Program-made: the position numbers and the translations under genes
Shown here: positions 33,437 to 43,115 of the stretch, in pieces
Position numbering within the stretch: the first letter of the stretch is position 1
How the letters are laid out: each line of letters opens with the position of its first letter
Assembly (NCBI GenBank): GCA_903862255.1
Contig: CAIOXK010000024.1
Coordinates: 1-46,259 of the forward strand
Source of the DNA: Candidatus Nomurabacteria bacterium
GTDB lineage: Bacteria; Patescibacteriota; Minisyncoccia; Phycocordibacterales; UBA9973
DNA: 46,259 nucleotides
Direction: 5' to 3'
The notes under the pieces: generated by a model
Told to the model about the DNA's origin: nothing
What the model saw: only the letters and a program-made list of their open reading frames with translations
The model's database searches: none

Positions 33437-35164
33437 CTACGGCGCATGTCTGCGCTGGTGGAGTTTTTGTAGTAGGGCTAAATAGTATAATTCTTTTTCT
33501 TCGTCTTTTTGTTGTTTTGCTTCGTTCATTTTCATCGAGTATTCGAATTTCAATTGATCCAAAAACTGTGCAATCACAGTTGCAGAAAGTTCTTTAATAA
33601 TTCCTTCGATATCCTCTTCTTTAGCTGTTGCATACTGTCTTTCAACAGACGCAACAATCCATTCTTTTTTATCATCAGCAATCGGACTAATTACTAACAG
33701 AGAGTCTTCGAACTGAAATTCATCAAGAAGTTTTTTCTGTGCTAGTACAGATTCAATTGGATATAATTCTATTAGGCCAATTAGTCTTTCTGCATGTGTT
33801 AACTGATGTGCATTTGAAGCCTTAATGGTCTTAATTGTTTGAGATGTCTCTGTTTCAGGTACCTTACTCTCAAGAACGAAAGAATTGAAGTCATCATTCA
33901 CTTCTTTGGTCCCAAGGTTAGATTCTGTAGCAATAGTATTTACATATACTTGCCGCTCAATTGCAGAAGGTACACGCAAAAGAAATGGAAATAGCTGCAT
34001 ACGGATTGATTGTTTCAACTGATGAGCAGATGGTGATTTCTTTTGTATTTCATGAAGTGTATGTGGAATGAAGTGCTCAGCTTTTTTTAATAACTCTTTC
34101 CATCCTTCGCTATGCTCAGGATCTCCGCCTCCGGCTCCGATAAAATCTGCTGGGTCTACCCCTTCCGGCAGTGCTACAACTTTTGGATTCATCCCTAGTG
34201 ACAATGCAACTATTGCTGCACGCTCCATGGCTTTCTTACCAGCACTATCGCCATCAAATGCTAAGAAAAGATTCTGTGTTAGTCGTGCAATAATTGATAG
34301 CTGTGCACCTGCATCACCGATCACTGTTTCAGAAACTGCAGTACCAGAAGTTGCAACAGTATTTTTGAAACCCGCTTGGTGACTAAGCACTAAATCCATT
34401 TGACCCTCAACAAGAATAGCAAAATTATGTTTCTTGATTGCCAATTTAGCTTTATCGAAACCGAACAATATTCGTGACTTATGGAAGACCTCTGTTTCTG
34501 GACTGTTCAAATATTTTGGACCTTCTGGAGTATCTGGAAACATGCGACCAGAAAATGCAACAATGCGTCCACTACTATCCATTAGCGGAAACATGATGCG
34601 TCCACGAAAGCGATCATAATACCCCTTCTCTGTTTTTTTGATTAAACCTGCACGCTCATAAAACACCTGACTTTGAGTATCAAGCGTTGCAGAGATACTC
34701 CGCCATTCTGTTGGAGCATAGCCAATACGAAATGCTTCTATAGTCGCATCAGTTAGTCCTCTATTTTTGAGATATGCTATTGCTTCAGTATTTTGTGCAA
34801 GGTAGTGCTGATATTTTGTAGCAGAAACCTCTAATGCTTCATAGACACTATCTGTCGGTTCAACCTTGGTGAATTGATTATTTGTCAGCGCAATACCTGC
34901 GCGATCGGCTAATACCTTTAGTGCCCCCTTTTTATCGAGCCCTTCAAACCTTTCAACAAAATTAAAAATGTCGCCTTTTTCTCCACAGCCAAAACAATAG
35001 AAAAGACCGCGTTCCGGTGATACCGAAAACGACGCAGTCTTTTCATTATGAAATGGACACCGAGCCTTAAACTGAGTCCCTGAGGGTTCAAGTGTAATAT
35101 AGGTCGAGAGTACTTCGGCAATAGGCAGTCGTTGTTTTATTTGTTCGAACAACCTGTTATCCAT
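33437..35164 (-). CDS. dnaG: DNA primase
   Basis: CHC2 zinc finger CPFHNEKTASFSVSPERGLFYCFGCGEKGD and a TOPRIM domain (ILVEGQMD, FDGDSAGKKA). Confidence 0.93.
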   Translation of the reverse strand: MDNRLFEQIKQRLPIAEVLSTYITLEPSGTQFKARCPFHNEKTASFSVSPERGLFYCFGCGEKGDIFNFVERFEGLDKKGALKVLADRAGIALTNNQFTKVEPTDSVYEALEVSATKYQHYLAQNTEAIAYLKNRGLTDATIEAFRIGYAPTEWRSISATLDTQSQVFYERAGLIKKTEKGYYDRFRGRIMFPLMDSSGRIVAFSGRMFPDTPEGPKYLNSPETEVFHKSRILFGFDKAKLAIKKHNFAILVEGQMDLVLSHQAGFKNTVATSGTAVSETVIGDAGAQLSIIARLTQNLFLAFDGDSAGKKAMERAAIVALSLGMNPKVVALPEGVDPADFIGAGGGDPEHSEGWKELLKKAEHFIPHTLHEIQKKSPSAHQLKQSIRMQLFPFLLRVPSAIERQVYVNTIATESNLGTKEVNDDFNSFVLESKVPETETSQTIKTIKASNAHQLTHAERLIGLIELYPIESVLAQKKLLDEFQFEDSLLVISPIADDKKEWIVASVERQYATAKEEDIEGIIKELSATVIAQFLDQLKFEYSMKMNEAKQQKDEEKELYYLALLQKLHQRRHAP

Positions 35165-35171
35165 TTATGTT

Positions 35172-38100
35172 TTATTCTTGATCTCCGTCGTACTTAATGT
35201 TGTTAATATCAAGAGCAGAACGTTCACGGAATCCAGTACCTGCAGGAATCAATCGTCCAACAGTTACATTTTCTTTCAAGCCGCGGAGAGTATCTGTTCC
35301 GCCCTTAACTGCATTAGCGATCAATACACGGTTTGTGTTTTGGAATGAAGCAGCTGAGATCCAACTTTTAGCGTTCAATGCTGTCTGAGTAATACCCAAA
35401 ATAATGAGTGTACCCTTTGCTTCTGCAAGACCTTTTTCACGCATCTTTGCATTTTCTTCCATCATTTCTGTCGCTTCAATTGTATCACCAGGAGAGAATG
35501 AAGTATCACCTGCATCTCGAACTTTGCGACGTGAGAACATTTGGCGAACAATAATTTCCAAGTGTTTACGAGCAATTGATGCACCTTGTAATTCGTACAC
35601 CTTGATGATTTCACGAATGATGTAGTCTTCTGCAGCTTCACGGCCACCGAATTCATACACTTCATCAATGTTTGCAGAACCATCAGTGAGCAATTCACCA
35701 CCAGCCACATCTTGACCAGCTTTTACAATTGCTACACGACGAGGACCAATAACATATTCAACACTGTCTTTCTTTGCCTCCTTGTCAGAAGAAAGAACAA
35801 CAATAACTTTTTCTGTGCCATTATCTTTGATTTCTGAAACAGTACCAGCATATTTGTTAACAGCTGCAGGATTTTTCACTGTACGACATTCGAATACTTC
35901 TTCAACACGAGGAAGACCCTGAGTAATGTCGACACCAGCAAGACCACCGGCGTGGAAGGTACGGAGTGTAAGCTGTGTACCTGGTTCACCGATCGCTTGA
36001 GCAGCAACGATACCAACTGATTCACCACGATCTACTAGGTGATTACGTCCGAGATCGAGACCGTAACACTGACGACAGATACCATAAATAGTTTTACATA
36101 CCATCGGTGTACGCACAAACACTTCTAGGATTCCTTTTTCATCAATTACTGCGGCATCATCCTTAGTAATAAGGTGTCCACGTTTGAACAATGTTTCTCC
36201 ACCTTCTGTAACGATATCTTTTGCAAGAACACGTCCGCGTATACTTTTTGCTAGTGGAATTTCAAAACCTGAAATCACTTCTAGAGTCATACGCTTAGCA
36301 CCTTTTGTTCCACAGTCATCTTCAGTAATAACGACATCTTGTGCAACGTCAACAAGACGACGGGTCAAGTAACCAGCACGAGCTGTGTTCAAAGCAGTAT
36401 CGGCAAGACCTTTACGTGAACCGTGAGTTGTAATGAAGTATTCCAATGGAGAAAGACCTTCCTTGAATGATGGAATGATTGGGAAATCAATAGTTCGTCC
36501 AGTAGTATTCTGAATCAAACCTTTCATACCTGCCATCTGAGTAACGTTACTCATAGATCCACGGGCGCCAGAAATGATCATGTCATACACTGATCCATGT
36601 TTTTCTAGTGTGTCAGGCAAAATCTTTTCGATTTCACTCTTAGCCTTGTTCCAGTTAGAAATAACTTTTTCATATCTTTCATCTTCAGAAAGCAACCCTT
36701 CTTCGAACTGAGAACGAATTTCTGCTTCAAGAGTGCGGTATTTAGCAACAATAGCTGGCTTTTCTTTTGGTACTATAACGTTATCAATACCCCAAGTTGT
36801 ACCTGAACGAGTCGCATACTTGTAACCGAAGTCTTTTACACGGTCAAGAATTGGAGCAACACGGTCTATACCGTATTTTGCAATCAAAGAATCAATTACA
36901 GCCACCATTTTCTTACCAGTCATATCTTCGTTCATGAATGGGAAATCACTTGGCAACACTGCGTTGAACAATAAACGTCCAACAGTTGTTTCAAATGGTT
37001 TGCCGCCAAATCCTGCATATTTATCTTTCTGTGTGCCTAATACGAATATTTTTGCACGAAGAGAAACTGCACTGAAGTCATTAGTAGTAATTGCTTCATT
37101 TGGACTTGAGAAATACATACCTTCTCCTTTTTCTCCTTCGATAGCAGTTGTCATCCAGTAACATCCCAACACAATATCCAACATTTTTGAAGAAACGATT
37201 GAATCACCGTTTTGTGGTTTCAAGATATTTTTATCAGCAGCAATTAATGTTGCAGCCTCATGTTGCGCAAGCTCTGATAGTGGAAGATATACGCCCATTT
37301 GGTCACCATCGAAGTCGGCGTTGAACGCAGGACAAACGAGCGGGTGAACTTTGATAGCGTTACCTTCAACCAATACTGGCATGAAAGCCTGAATACCAAG
37401 ACGGTGCAGAGTTGGAGCACGGTTCAACATAACGTACTTGCCTTTAATTGCTTCTTCGAGGATAGCCCATACTTCTGGGATACCATCTTCGATCAATTTG
37501 TTAGCGCCACGGATGTTATATGCCAATTCCTGTTCGATGATTTTTGAAATCACAAATGGACGGAAAAGTTCCAATGCCATGTGCTTTGGAAGACCACACT
37601 GACTAAGTTTAAGCTGAGGACCAACAACAATAACTGAACGGGCTGAGTAGTCAACACGCTTACCGAGCAAGTTCTGACGGAACAAACCTTGTTTTGATTT
37701 CAAATTATCGGAAAGAGACTTCAATGCACGACGCTGTGCCTGACTCATAGCAGGACTATCCTGTCCAGCAATTGAGTTATCAATCAACGCATCAACAGCT
37801 TCCTGCAAGATACGCTTTTCATTACGCAAGATAACATCTGGCGCACCAATTTCTTTCAATTTTTTCAAACGATTGTTTCGGTTGATCACTCGACGATAAA
37901 GGTCGTTGATATCAGAAGTAGCATGACGACCACCTTCAAGTGCCACCATAGGACGAATCGCTGGTGGGATTACTGGAATAACAGTCAAGAACATCCATTC
38001 TGGACGAATGTTTGCATACATCATGCCGCGTACCAAAGATAAACGCTTATGAAGTTTTTCTCGCTCTGCAGCACCTGCCTTTTCAAGCAACTTTTCTGTA

Positions 38101-38798
38101 GTAGCTTTTACTTTTGCAAGATCCATATCGCGGAACAATTGATAGATTGGTTCAGCACCAACACCGGCTTCAAAAGCAGAACCATACTTCAATGAGTAGT
38201 GGTGGTATGAAATTTCATTCAATACCTTACCAATACGGATTTCAGCAATTTCTTTCTTTGTATTTGTAAGAAGTGTGCGAAGTTTGTCGCGAGTTTCTTC
38301 ATCTGCCGCACCCTTTAATTTGTTTTTAAATTCTGCATCCAAATCAGCAATGATACGTTCGCGTTCATCTTCATGAACCGTAGTAACAATGTATCCAGCG
38401 AAGTACACCACCTTTTCAAGATCAGTAAGAGAAACGTTGAGCAAGATACTCATACGTGAAGGAACTCCACGGAGGAACCAAATGTGAGCTACAGGACTAG
38501 CAAGTTCAATGTGCCCCATACGTTCACGACGAACAATAGACTGTGTAACTTCAACGCCGCACTTTTCACAGATAATACCAGCATAACGAATACGCTTGTA
38601 CTTTCCACAGTAACATTCATAGTCTTTTTCAGGACCGAAAATACGTTCATCAAATAATCCTCCGCGTTCGCTGCGACCAGTACGGTAGTTAATAGTTTCC
38701 GGCTTTGTAACTTCACCGAAAGACCATTCGCGAATACGATCTGGACTAGCAAGCTTCAGAGAGATTTGATCAAAATTTGTTGTATCGAGTGTTTTCAT
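35172..38798 (-). CDS. rpoC: DNA-directed RNA polymerase subunit beta'
   Basis: [23 protein letters not shown] Zn site and the NADFDGDQM catalytic motif. 1208 aa. Confidence 0.97.
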   Translation of the reverse strand: MKTLDTTNFDQISLKLASPDRIREWSFGEVTKPETINYRTGRSERGGLFDERIFGPEKDYECYCGKYKRIRYAGIICEKCGVEVTQSIVRRERMGHIELASPVAHIWFLRGVPSRMSILLNVSLTDLEKVVYFAGYIVTTVHEDERERIIADLDAEFKNKLKGAADEETRDKLRTLLTNTKKEIAEIRIGKVLNEISYHHYSLKYGSAFEAGVGAEPIYQLFRDMDLAKVKATTEKLLEKAGAAEREKLHKRLSLVRGMMYANIRPEWMFLTVIPVIPPAIRPMVALEGGRHATSDINDLYRRVINRNNRLKKLKEIGAPDVILRNEKRILQEAVDALIDNSIAGQDSPAMSQAQRRALKSLSDNLKSKQGLFRQNLLGKRVDYSARSVIVVGPQLKLSQCGLPKHMALELFRPFVISKIIEQELAYNIRGANKLIEDGIPEVWAILEEAIKGKYVMLNRAPTLHRLGIQAFMPVLVEGNAIKVHPLVCPAFNADFDGDQMGVYLPLSELAQHEAATLIAADKNILKPQNGDSIVSSKMLDIVLGCYWMTTAIEGEKGEGMYFSSPNEAITTNDFSAVSLRAKIFVLGTQKDKYAGFGGKPFETTVGRLLFNAVLPSDFPFMNEDMTGKKMVAVIDSLIAKYGIDRVAPILDRVKDFGYKYATRSGTTWGIDNVIVPKEKPAIVAKYRTLEAEIRSQFEEGLLSEDERYEKVISNWNKAKSEIEKILPDTLEKHGSVYDMIISGARGSMSNVTQMAGMKGLIQNTTGRTIDFPIIPSFKEGLSPLEYFITTHGSRKGLADTALNTARAGYLTRRLVDVAQDVVITEDDCGTKGAKRMTLEVISGFEIPLAKSIRGRVLAKDIVTEGGETLFKRGHLITKDDAAVIDEKGILEVFVRTPMVCKTIYGICRQCYGLDLGRNHLVDRGESVGIVAAQAIGEPGTQLTLRTFHAGGLAGVDITQGLPRVEEVFECRTVKNPAAVNKYAGTVSEIKDNGTEKVIVVLSSDKEAKKDSVEYVIGPRRVAIVKAGQDVAGGELLTDGSANIDEVYEFGGREAAEDYIIREIIKVYELQGASIARKHLEIIVRQMFSRRKVRDAGDTSFSPGDTIEATEMMEENAKMREKGLAEAKGTLIILGITQTALNAKSWISAASFQNTNRVLIANAVKGGTDTLRGLKENVTVGRLIPAGTGFRERSALDINNIKYDGDQE

Positions 38799-38817
38799 AA
38801 TAGTGTTTTGTTATAGG

Positions 38818-41800
38818 TTAGTTAGCTACCTCGTCTTCTACTGTTTCGACCTTAAGTGTATTTTTCAATTCAACATCAAGTGATAATCCGCGAAGGTAGT
38901 TCAACATCACAGAGAATGATGCCGGTACATTTGGTTCGCCGATTTTTTCGTTCTTGATAATTGCATCAAATGTAGCCGCACGACCACGGATATCATCAGA
39001 TTTAATTGTGAGCATTTCACGCAATGTGTGCGCTGCACCGTACCCTTCCAATGCCCATACTTCCATTTCTCCGAAACGCTGACCACCACCTTGTGCCTTA
39101 CCGCCGAGAGGTTGCTGCGTAATGAGACTGTATGGCCCGATTGAACGCATGTGAATCTTGTCTTCTACCATGTGGTGAAGTTTCAAAATGTACATGTATC
39201 CAACAGCAATGTCTTGTTCATATTTATCACCTGTACGTCCATCGAAGAGTGGTACACGTCCGTTTTCAGGAAGACCAGCTTTTACAAGTTCTTCTTTGAT
39301 TTCACTATCTGTAGCACCTGCGAATGGAGGCACGATTGCTTGATAGCCAAGTTCGTTTGCAGCCATACCCAAGTGAAGTTCAAGAATTTGTCCGAGGTTC
39401 ATACGTGATGGTACGCCGAGCGGTGTAAGCACAACGTCAACAGGACGACCGTCTGCCATGTATGGCATGTCTTCTTCTGGAAGCACTACTGAAATAACAC
39501 CCTTGTTACCGTGACGTCCAGCAAGCTTATCGCCGACTGAAATGTTACGGAGCTGAGCAACTTCAATAACGATTTTCTTGATCACACCTGATTCAAGGGT
39601 ATGTCCCTGATCACGTGAGAATACTTTCACACGAATGATACGTCCGCGTTTGCCGTGATCCATTTTCAATGATGTGTCTTTCACGTCACGAGCTTTTTCA
39701 GCGAAGATACTTCGGAGCAAACGTTCTTCAGGAGTAAGTTCTGTTTCACCCTTTGGAGTAATTTTACCAACAAGGATGTCGCCTTCTTTTACTTCTGCAC
39801 CTACGCGAATGATACCGTCTTCATCAAGGTCTTTGAGACGAGCTTCACCAACGTTTGGAATATCGCGAGTAGTTACTTCTGGTCCGAGTTTTGTATCACG
39901 AACAACTGAAGTAAATTCAGCGATGTAAATTGATGTAAATTTTGAATCTTTGATCAAACGTTCTGACAAGATGATCGCATCTTCGAAGTTTGCACCGTTC
40001 CAACTCATAAACGCTACCATCATATTCTGACCGAGAGCGATCTGACCGTGGTCTGTAGTTGAAGTATCAGCAAGAAGATCTCCCTTCTTAACTTTTTGCC
40101 CCATAGTTACTACTGGACGCTGGTGGAATGCGTTGAAGTTGTTGTTACGCTGGAAAGAAGTAAGGGCGTAACTCTTATCTTTATTTTTTTCATCACGTAC
40201 TGTGATCTTAGAAGCATCAACATATGTTATTTCTCCATCTGATTCAGCAAGAATCAAACGACCAGAGTATGGTGCTGCATCCTGTTCTACACCTGTAGCA
40301 ACCAAAGGAGCTTCAGGGCGGATCAAAGGAACAGCCTGACGTTGCATGTTACTACCCATCAACGCACGGTTCGCGTCGTTGTGCTCAACGAATGGAATCA
40401 TTGAAGTACCAACTGAGAACGCCTGATTAGGTGCCACGTCGATATAATGTACTTCTTCTTTTTTCACAATACCTGGGTTTGTACGAATACGCGCTTCAAC
40501 ATTTTCTGGAAGGTTACCCTTTTCATCATATTTATTACCGCCATGAGCAATAATAACTTTTTCTTCTTCGGCAGCGTTCAAATATTCTACTTCACCAGTA
40601 ATCTTACCGTTTTTAACTTTTACATATGGAGTTTCAATAACACCAAAAGCGTTTACGCGAGCATAAATAGACAGACGCAAGATAAGACCGATGTTTGGAC
40701 CTTCTGGAGTTTGGATAGGACATACGCGACCGTAGTGAGATGGGTGCACGTCACGCACTTCAAGAGTAGCGCGCTCACGAGTCAAACCGCCGGGACCAAG
40801 CGCAGATAGAGTACGTAGTTCTTCAAGTTCAGACAAAACGTTTTCTTGTTGCATGAACTGAGAAAGCTGGTTTGTTGTGAAGAATTCTTTGATACGAGCT
40901 TGCAATGGACGCTGGTTCACCACCTGAATAGGAAGTGCGTTTGATGCATCGATTGTAGACATACGATCTTGAACGTTACGCTTGATTTGAGTCAAGCCAA
41001 CATAGATCTTCTGCTGAAGCATTTCACCAACGAAACGTACACGACGTGAAGAAAGGTTATCAATATCATCAGCATGAGAGCCAGGAGTATTGTTTAAAGC
41101 AATGATATTATTTACGATCAATGCCAAGTCAGTAGCAGACAATGTCTTGCGTTCCATTTCTGCATCACCCATATCAAGTTCAAAACGCTTGTTGAAGCGA
41201 AAACGTCCAACAGATGAAAGGTCATAGCGTTCTTCTGAGAAGAGATTGTTTACGAAGTCACGTGCGTTGTCAGCAGTAGCCAAGTCACCATCGCGGAGTT
41301 TACGGTAGATTTCTACAAATGCTTCACCAGGAGTTTTTGCTACATCTTTTTCTAATGAGTGAAGAATTACTTTTTGTGCAATTTCATTTGGGAAGTGCTT
41401 TTTGATATCTTCATCTGTAGTCAAACCAAGAGCACGCAAAAGAGACACAACTGGGAATTTGCGCTTCTTGTCGATACGTACATATACAGTACCGTCTGGG
41501 TCTGATTCAATTTCGATCCACACACCACGGTTTGGGATAATTTTTGCGCCAAAGAAACGCTTGCCTTTTACTTCAAGTTCTGTGAAGAACACACCACTTG
41601 AACGTGAGAGCTGTGGAATGATAGAACGCTCAACACCGTTGATGATGAATGTACCGTGTGGAGTCATTACTGGTAAATCAGCCATGAAAATTTCCTGCTC
41701 CTTTTCAGAACCAGTTTGTTTGTTGGTCAATTTAACGCGAGCTTTGATTTGTGTTTCGAGAGAGAGTTTGTTTTCCTTGCAGTAGTGTTCGTCGAACTTA

Positions 41801-42024
41801 GGTTCTACAAGGTGAAATGATACGAAATCCAATTGGAACTTCTTAGCAGAATAGTCATTAATAGGAGTGAATTCCTTGAATGTTTCCTTAAGGCCTTTTT
41901 CTATTAACCAGTTGAATGAATCAAGCTGGTGCTGAATAAGGTTCGGAAACTCTACAAGAGGTTTCTTATATTTCGAAAAGTACTTTTTAGGACGCTGTGT
42001 GCCCTGTGGTGATGCTTTACTCAT
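38818..42024 (-). CDS. rpoB: DNA-directed RNA polymerase subunit beta
   Basis: Canonical beta motifs (GRHGNKGV, FGEMEVWALE). I place the start at ATG 42024 (MSKASPQGT). The track's upstream start at 42081 would read through the leader hairpin. Confidence 0.96.
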   Translation of the reverse strand: MSKASPQGTQRPKKYFSKYKKPLVEFPNLIQHQLDSFNWLIEKGLKETFKEFTPINDYSAKKFQLDFVSFHLVEPKFDEHYCKENKLSLETQIKARVKLTNKQTGSEKEQEIFMADLPVMTPHGTFIINGVERSIIPQLSRSSGVFFTELEVKGKRFFGAKIIPNRGVWIEIESDPDGTVYVRIDKKRKFPVVSLLRALGLTTDEDIKKHFPNEIAQKVILHSLEKDVAKTPGEAFVEIYRKLRDGDLATADNARDFVNNLFSEERYDLSSVGRFRFNKRFELDMGDAEMERKTLSATDLALIVNNIIALNNTPGSHADDIDNLSSRRVRFVGEMLQQKIYVGLTQIKRNVQDRMSTIDASNALPIQVVNQRPLQARIKEFFTTNQLSQFMQQENVLSELEELRTLSALGPGGLTRERATLEVRDVHPSHYGRVCPIQTPEGPNIGLILRLSIYARVNAFGVIETPYVKVKNGKITGEVEYLNAAEEEKVIIAHGGNKYDEKGNLPENVEARIRTNPGIVKKEEVHYIDVAPNQAFSVGTSMIPFVEHNDANRALMGSNMQRQAVPLIRPEAPLVATGVEQDAAPYSGRLILAESDGEITYVDASKITVRDEKNKDKSYALTSFQRNNNFNAFHQRPVVTMGQKVKKGDLLADTSTTDHGQIALGQNMMVAFMSWNGANFEDAIILSERLIKDSKFTSIYIAEFTSVVRDTKLGPEVTTRDIPNVGEARLKDLDEDGIIRVGAEVKEGDILVGKITPKGETELTPEERLLRSIFAEKARDVKDTSLKMDHGKRGRIIRVKVFSRDQGHTLESGVIKKIVIEVAQLRNISVGDKLAGRHGNKGVISVVLPEEDMPYMADGRPVDVVLTPLGVPSRMNLGQILELHLGMAANELGYQAIVPPFAGATDSEIKEELVKAGLPENGRVPLFDGRTGDKYEQDIAVGYMYILKLHHMVEDKIHMRSIGPYSLITQQPLGGKAQGGGQRFGEMEVWALEGYGAAHTLREMLTIKSDDIRGRAATFDAIIKNEKIGEPNVPASFSVMLNYLRGLSLDVELKNTLKVETVEDEVAN

Positions 42025-42165
42025 AATTTGAACGTGCTCCTTCGCCGAAGGCTTCGGCGACAGAACCAAAAATAGCCTCAAGTTTCCCTGATGGCGTTAA
42101 TCTATAAAACTCTCATAATTTACAGGTCTCTCTACCGTAACCCTTCCACAATCTGTAATGCCTAT

Positions 42166-42194
42166 AATATAAACAAAATATAAAGAAATGTCAA
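42166..42194 (-). promoter_or_regulatory. rpoB promoter TTGACA-17-TATATT, giving a leader of about 135 nt
   Basis: The minus strand reads tgaTTGACAtttctttatattttgttTATATTatagg. Confidence 0.6.
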
Positions 42195-42195
42195 T

Positions 42196-42226
42196 CAAAA
42201 TACCGCCCCCAGATTGGAGCGGTATG
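42196..42226 (-). terminator. Terminator of the 42246-42815 gene
   Basis: The minus strand reads ATACCGC-tccaatctgggg-GCGGTATTTTGATT. Confidence 0.65.
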
Positions 42227-42245
42227 GCAATTTTGTGTGCGATTT

Positions 42246-42815
42246 TTAATCTTGTCGAATTGGGACAACTTTAGCATCCTCTTTAAAGAGAATGTTTGAC
42301 CATTTTTTTCCAAAAATAAACTTACAGGCTAGGGCTGATAATGTAACCAATGCTCCATAACCCAACAGGGCAAACATTTGCGACAAAGATTCAACTCCGG
42401 CATAAAACAGAAAAAGTACAAACACTAAGTTGAATACCAGGCTATACCTTATACGGTTTAGTCCCAATATAAATGAGGCAATCATTGCAAAAAGCAATGT
42501 ATTGTTTTCTGTAACCCATTCAGCCGGCAGCAAATATCCCCATACAACTAGCGAAGCAATCACTGTCGCCAGTATGATTGAGATCGGATAATATATCTGA
42601 TTGGGCTTTTTTGTTTCCGTTGGTGAAATAAATTTTACTTCTTTCACTAATGCAATATAAACAACAGCAGCTACTGTTGCTGTGACATATTGCAGGCTAA
42701 AAGCAGTTTGGAATTTATGGTATACAACAAAACGGTACACCGAGACTACGGCGAATGTAATCAATGACGATGCAATAAGGTATTGCACGTAGTCAACAAT
42801 TTTTTCTTTTTTCAT
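42246..42815 (-). CDS. Hypothetical polytopic membrane protein (189 aa, about 6 TM)
   Basis: Hydrophobic throughout, with a perfect consensus promoter and a terminator. Confidence 0.65.
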   Translation of the reverse strand: MKKEKIVDYVQYLIASSLITFAVVSVYRFVVYHKFQTAFSLQYVTATVAAVVYIALVKEVKFISPTETKKPNQIYYPISIILATVIASLVVWGYLLPAEWVTENNTLLFAMIASFILGLNRIRYSLVFNLVFVLFLFYAGVESLSQMFALLGYGALVTLSALACKFIFGKKWSNILFKEDAKVVPIRQD

Positions 42816-42842
42816 TTTTGTTTAAATATGTGATTTTTACAT

Positions 42843-42871
42843 ATTATATACATAAGTTAAGAAAAAGTCAA
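42843..42871 (-). promoter_or_regulatory. Consensus promoter TTGACT-17-TATAAT
   Basis: The minus strand reads gtaTTGACTttttcttaacttatgtaTATAATatgt. Confidence 0.75.
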
Positions 42872-42894
42872 TACCCTATCGACTATTACTATAT

Positions 42895-42925
42895 AAAAAT
42901 ACCCCTTTATAAGGGGGTATTTTTA
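42895..42925. terminator. Terminator after the 39-aa peptide gene
   Basis: AAAAATACCCCtttataaGGGGGTATTTTT. Confidence 0.75.
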
Positions 42926-42944
42926 ACAATTTCAGAAAAATAAT

Positions 42945-43064
42945 TTAATTACAACTTGAATAAATTGGACAAACAGAGCCGCCCGCAGCTGATACTGTCC
43001 CAACAGAAAAACAAACTATAAATGCAACGACAACGGCTACTATTAAAAATGTAGGGGTTTTCAT
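42945..43064 (-). CDS. Small secreted peptide precursor (39 aa): signal peptide plus a 13-aa two-Cys mature peptide
   Basis: Below the ORF-track size cutoff. My translation is MKTPTFLIVAVVVAFIVCFSVGTVSA/AGGSVCPIYSSCN, with a VSA-A cleavage-type site. It has its own terminator and a -10-like TATACT 33 nt upstream. Confidence 0.55.
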   Translation of the reverse strand: MKTPTFLIVAVVVAFIVCFSVGTVSAAGGSVCPIYSSCN

Positions 43065-43115
43065 AATTAAAAATTAATTTAAATAAATAATGTAAGTATA
43101 TTCACATTTTTTCAC

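Noticed and set aside
33113-33472. Plus-strand ORFs of 119 and 84 aa rich in Phe/Gly/Ala, opposite the rpoD 5' end
   Set aside because: They are the mirror image of the Lys/Ala/Pro-rich coding repeat of the sigma factor (AAA/AAG read as TTT/CTT) and carry no independent signals.
42025-42081. N-terminal extension of rpoB (MRLFLVLSPKPSAKEHVQI) from the track
   Set aside because: It would be translated through the GC-rich leader palindrome and the SD-like AAGGAG. MSKASPQGT at 42024 fits the beta-subunit N-terminus better.
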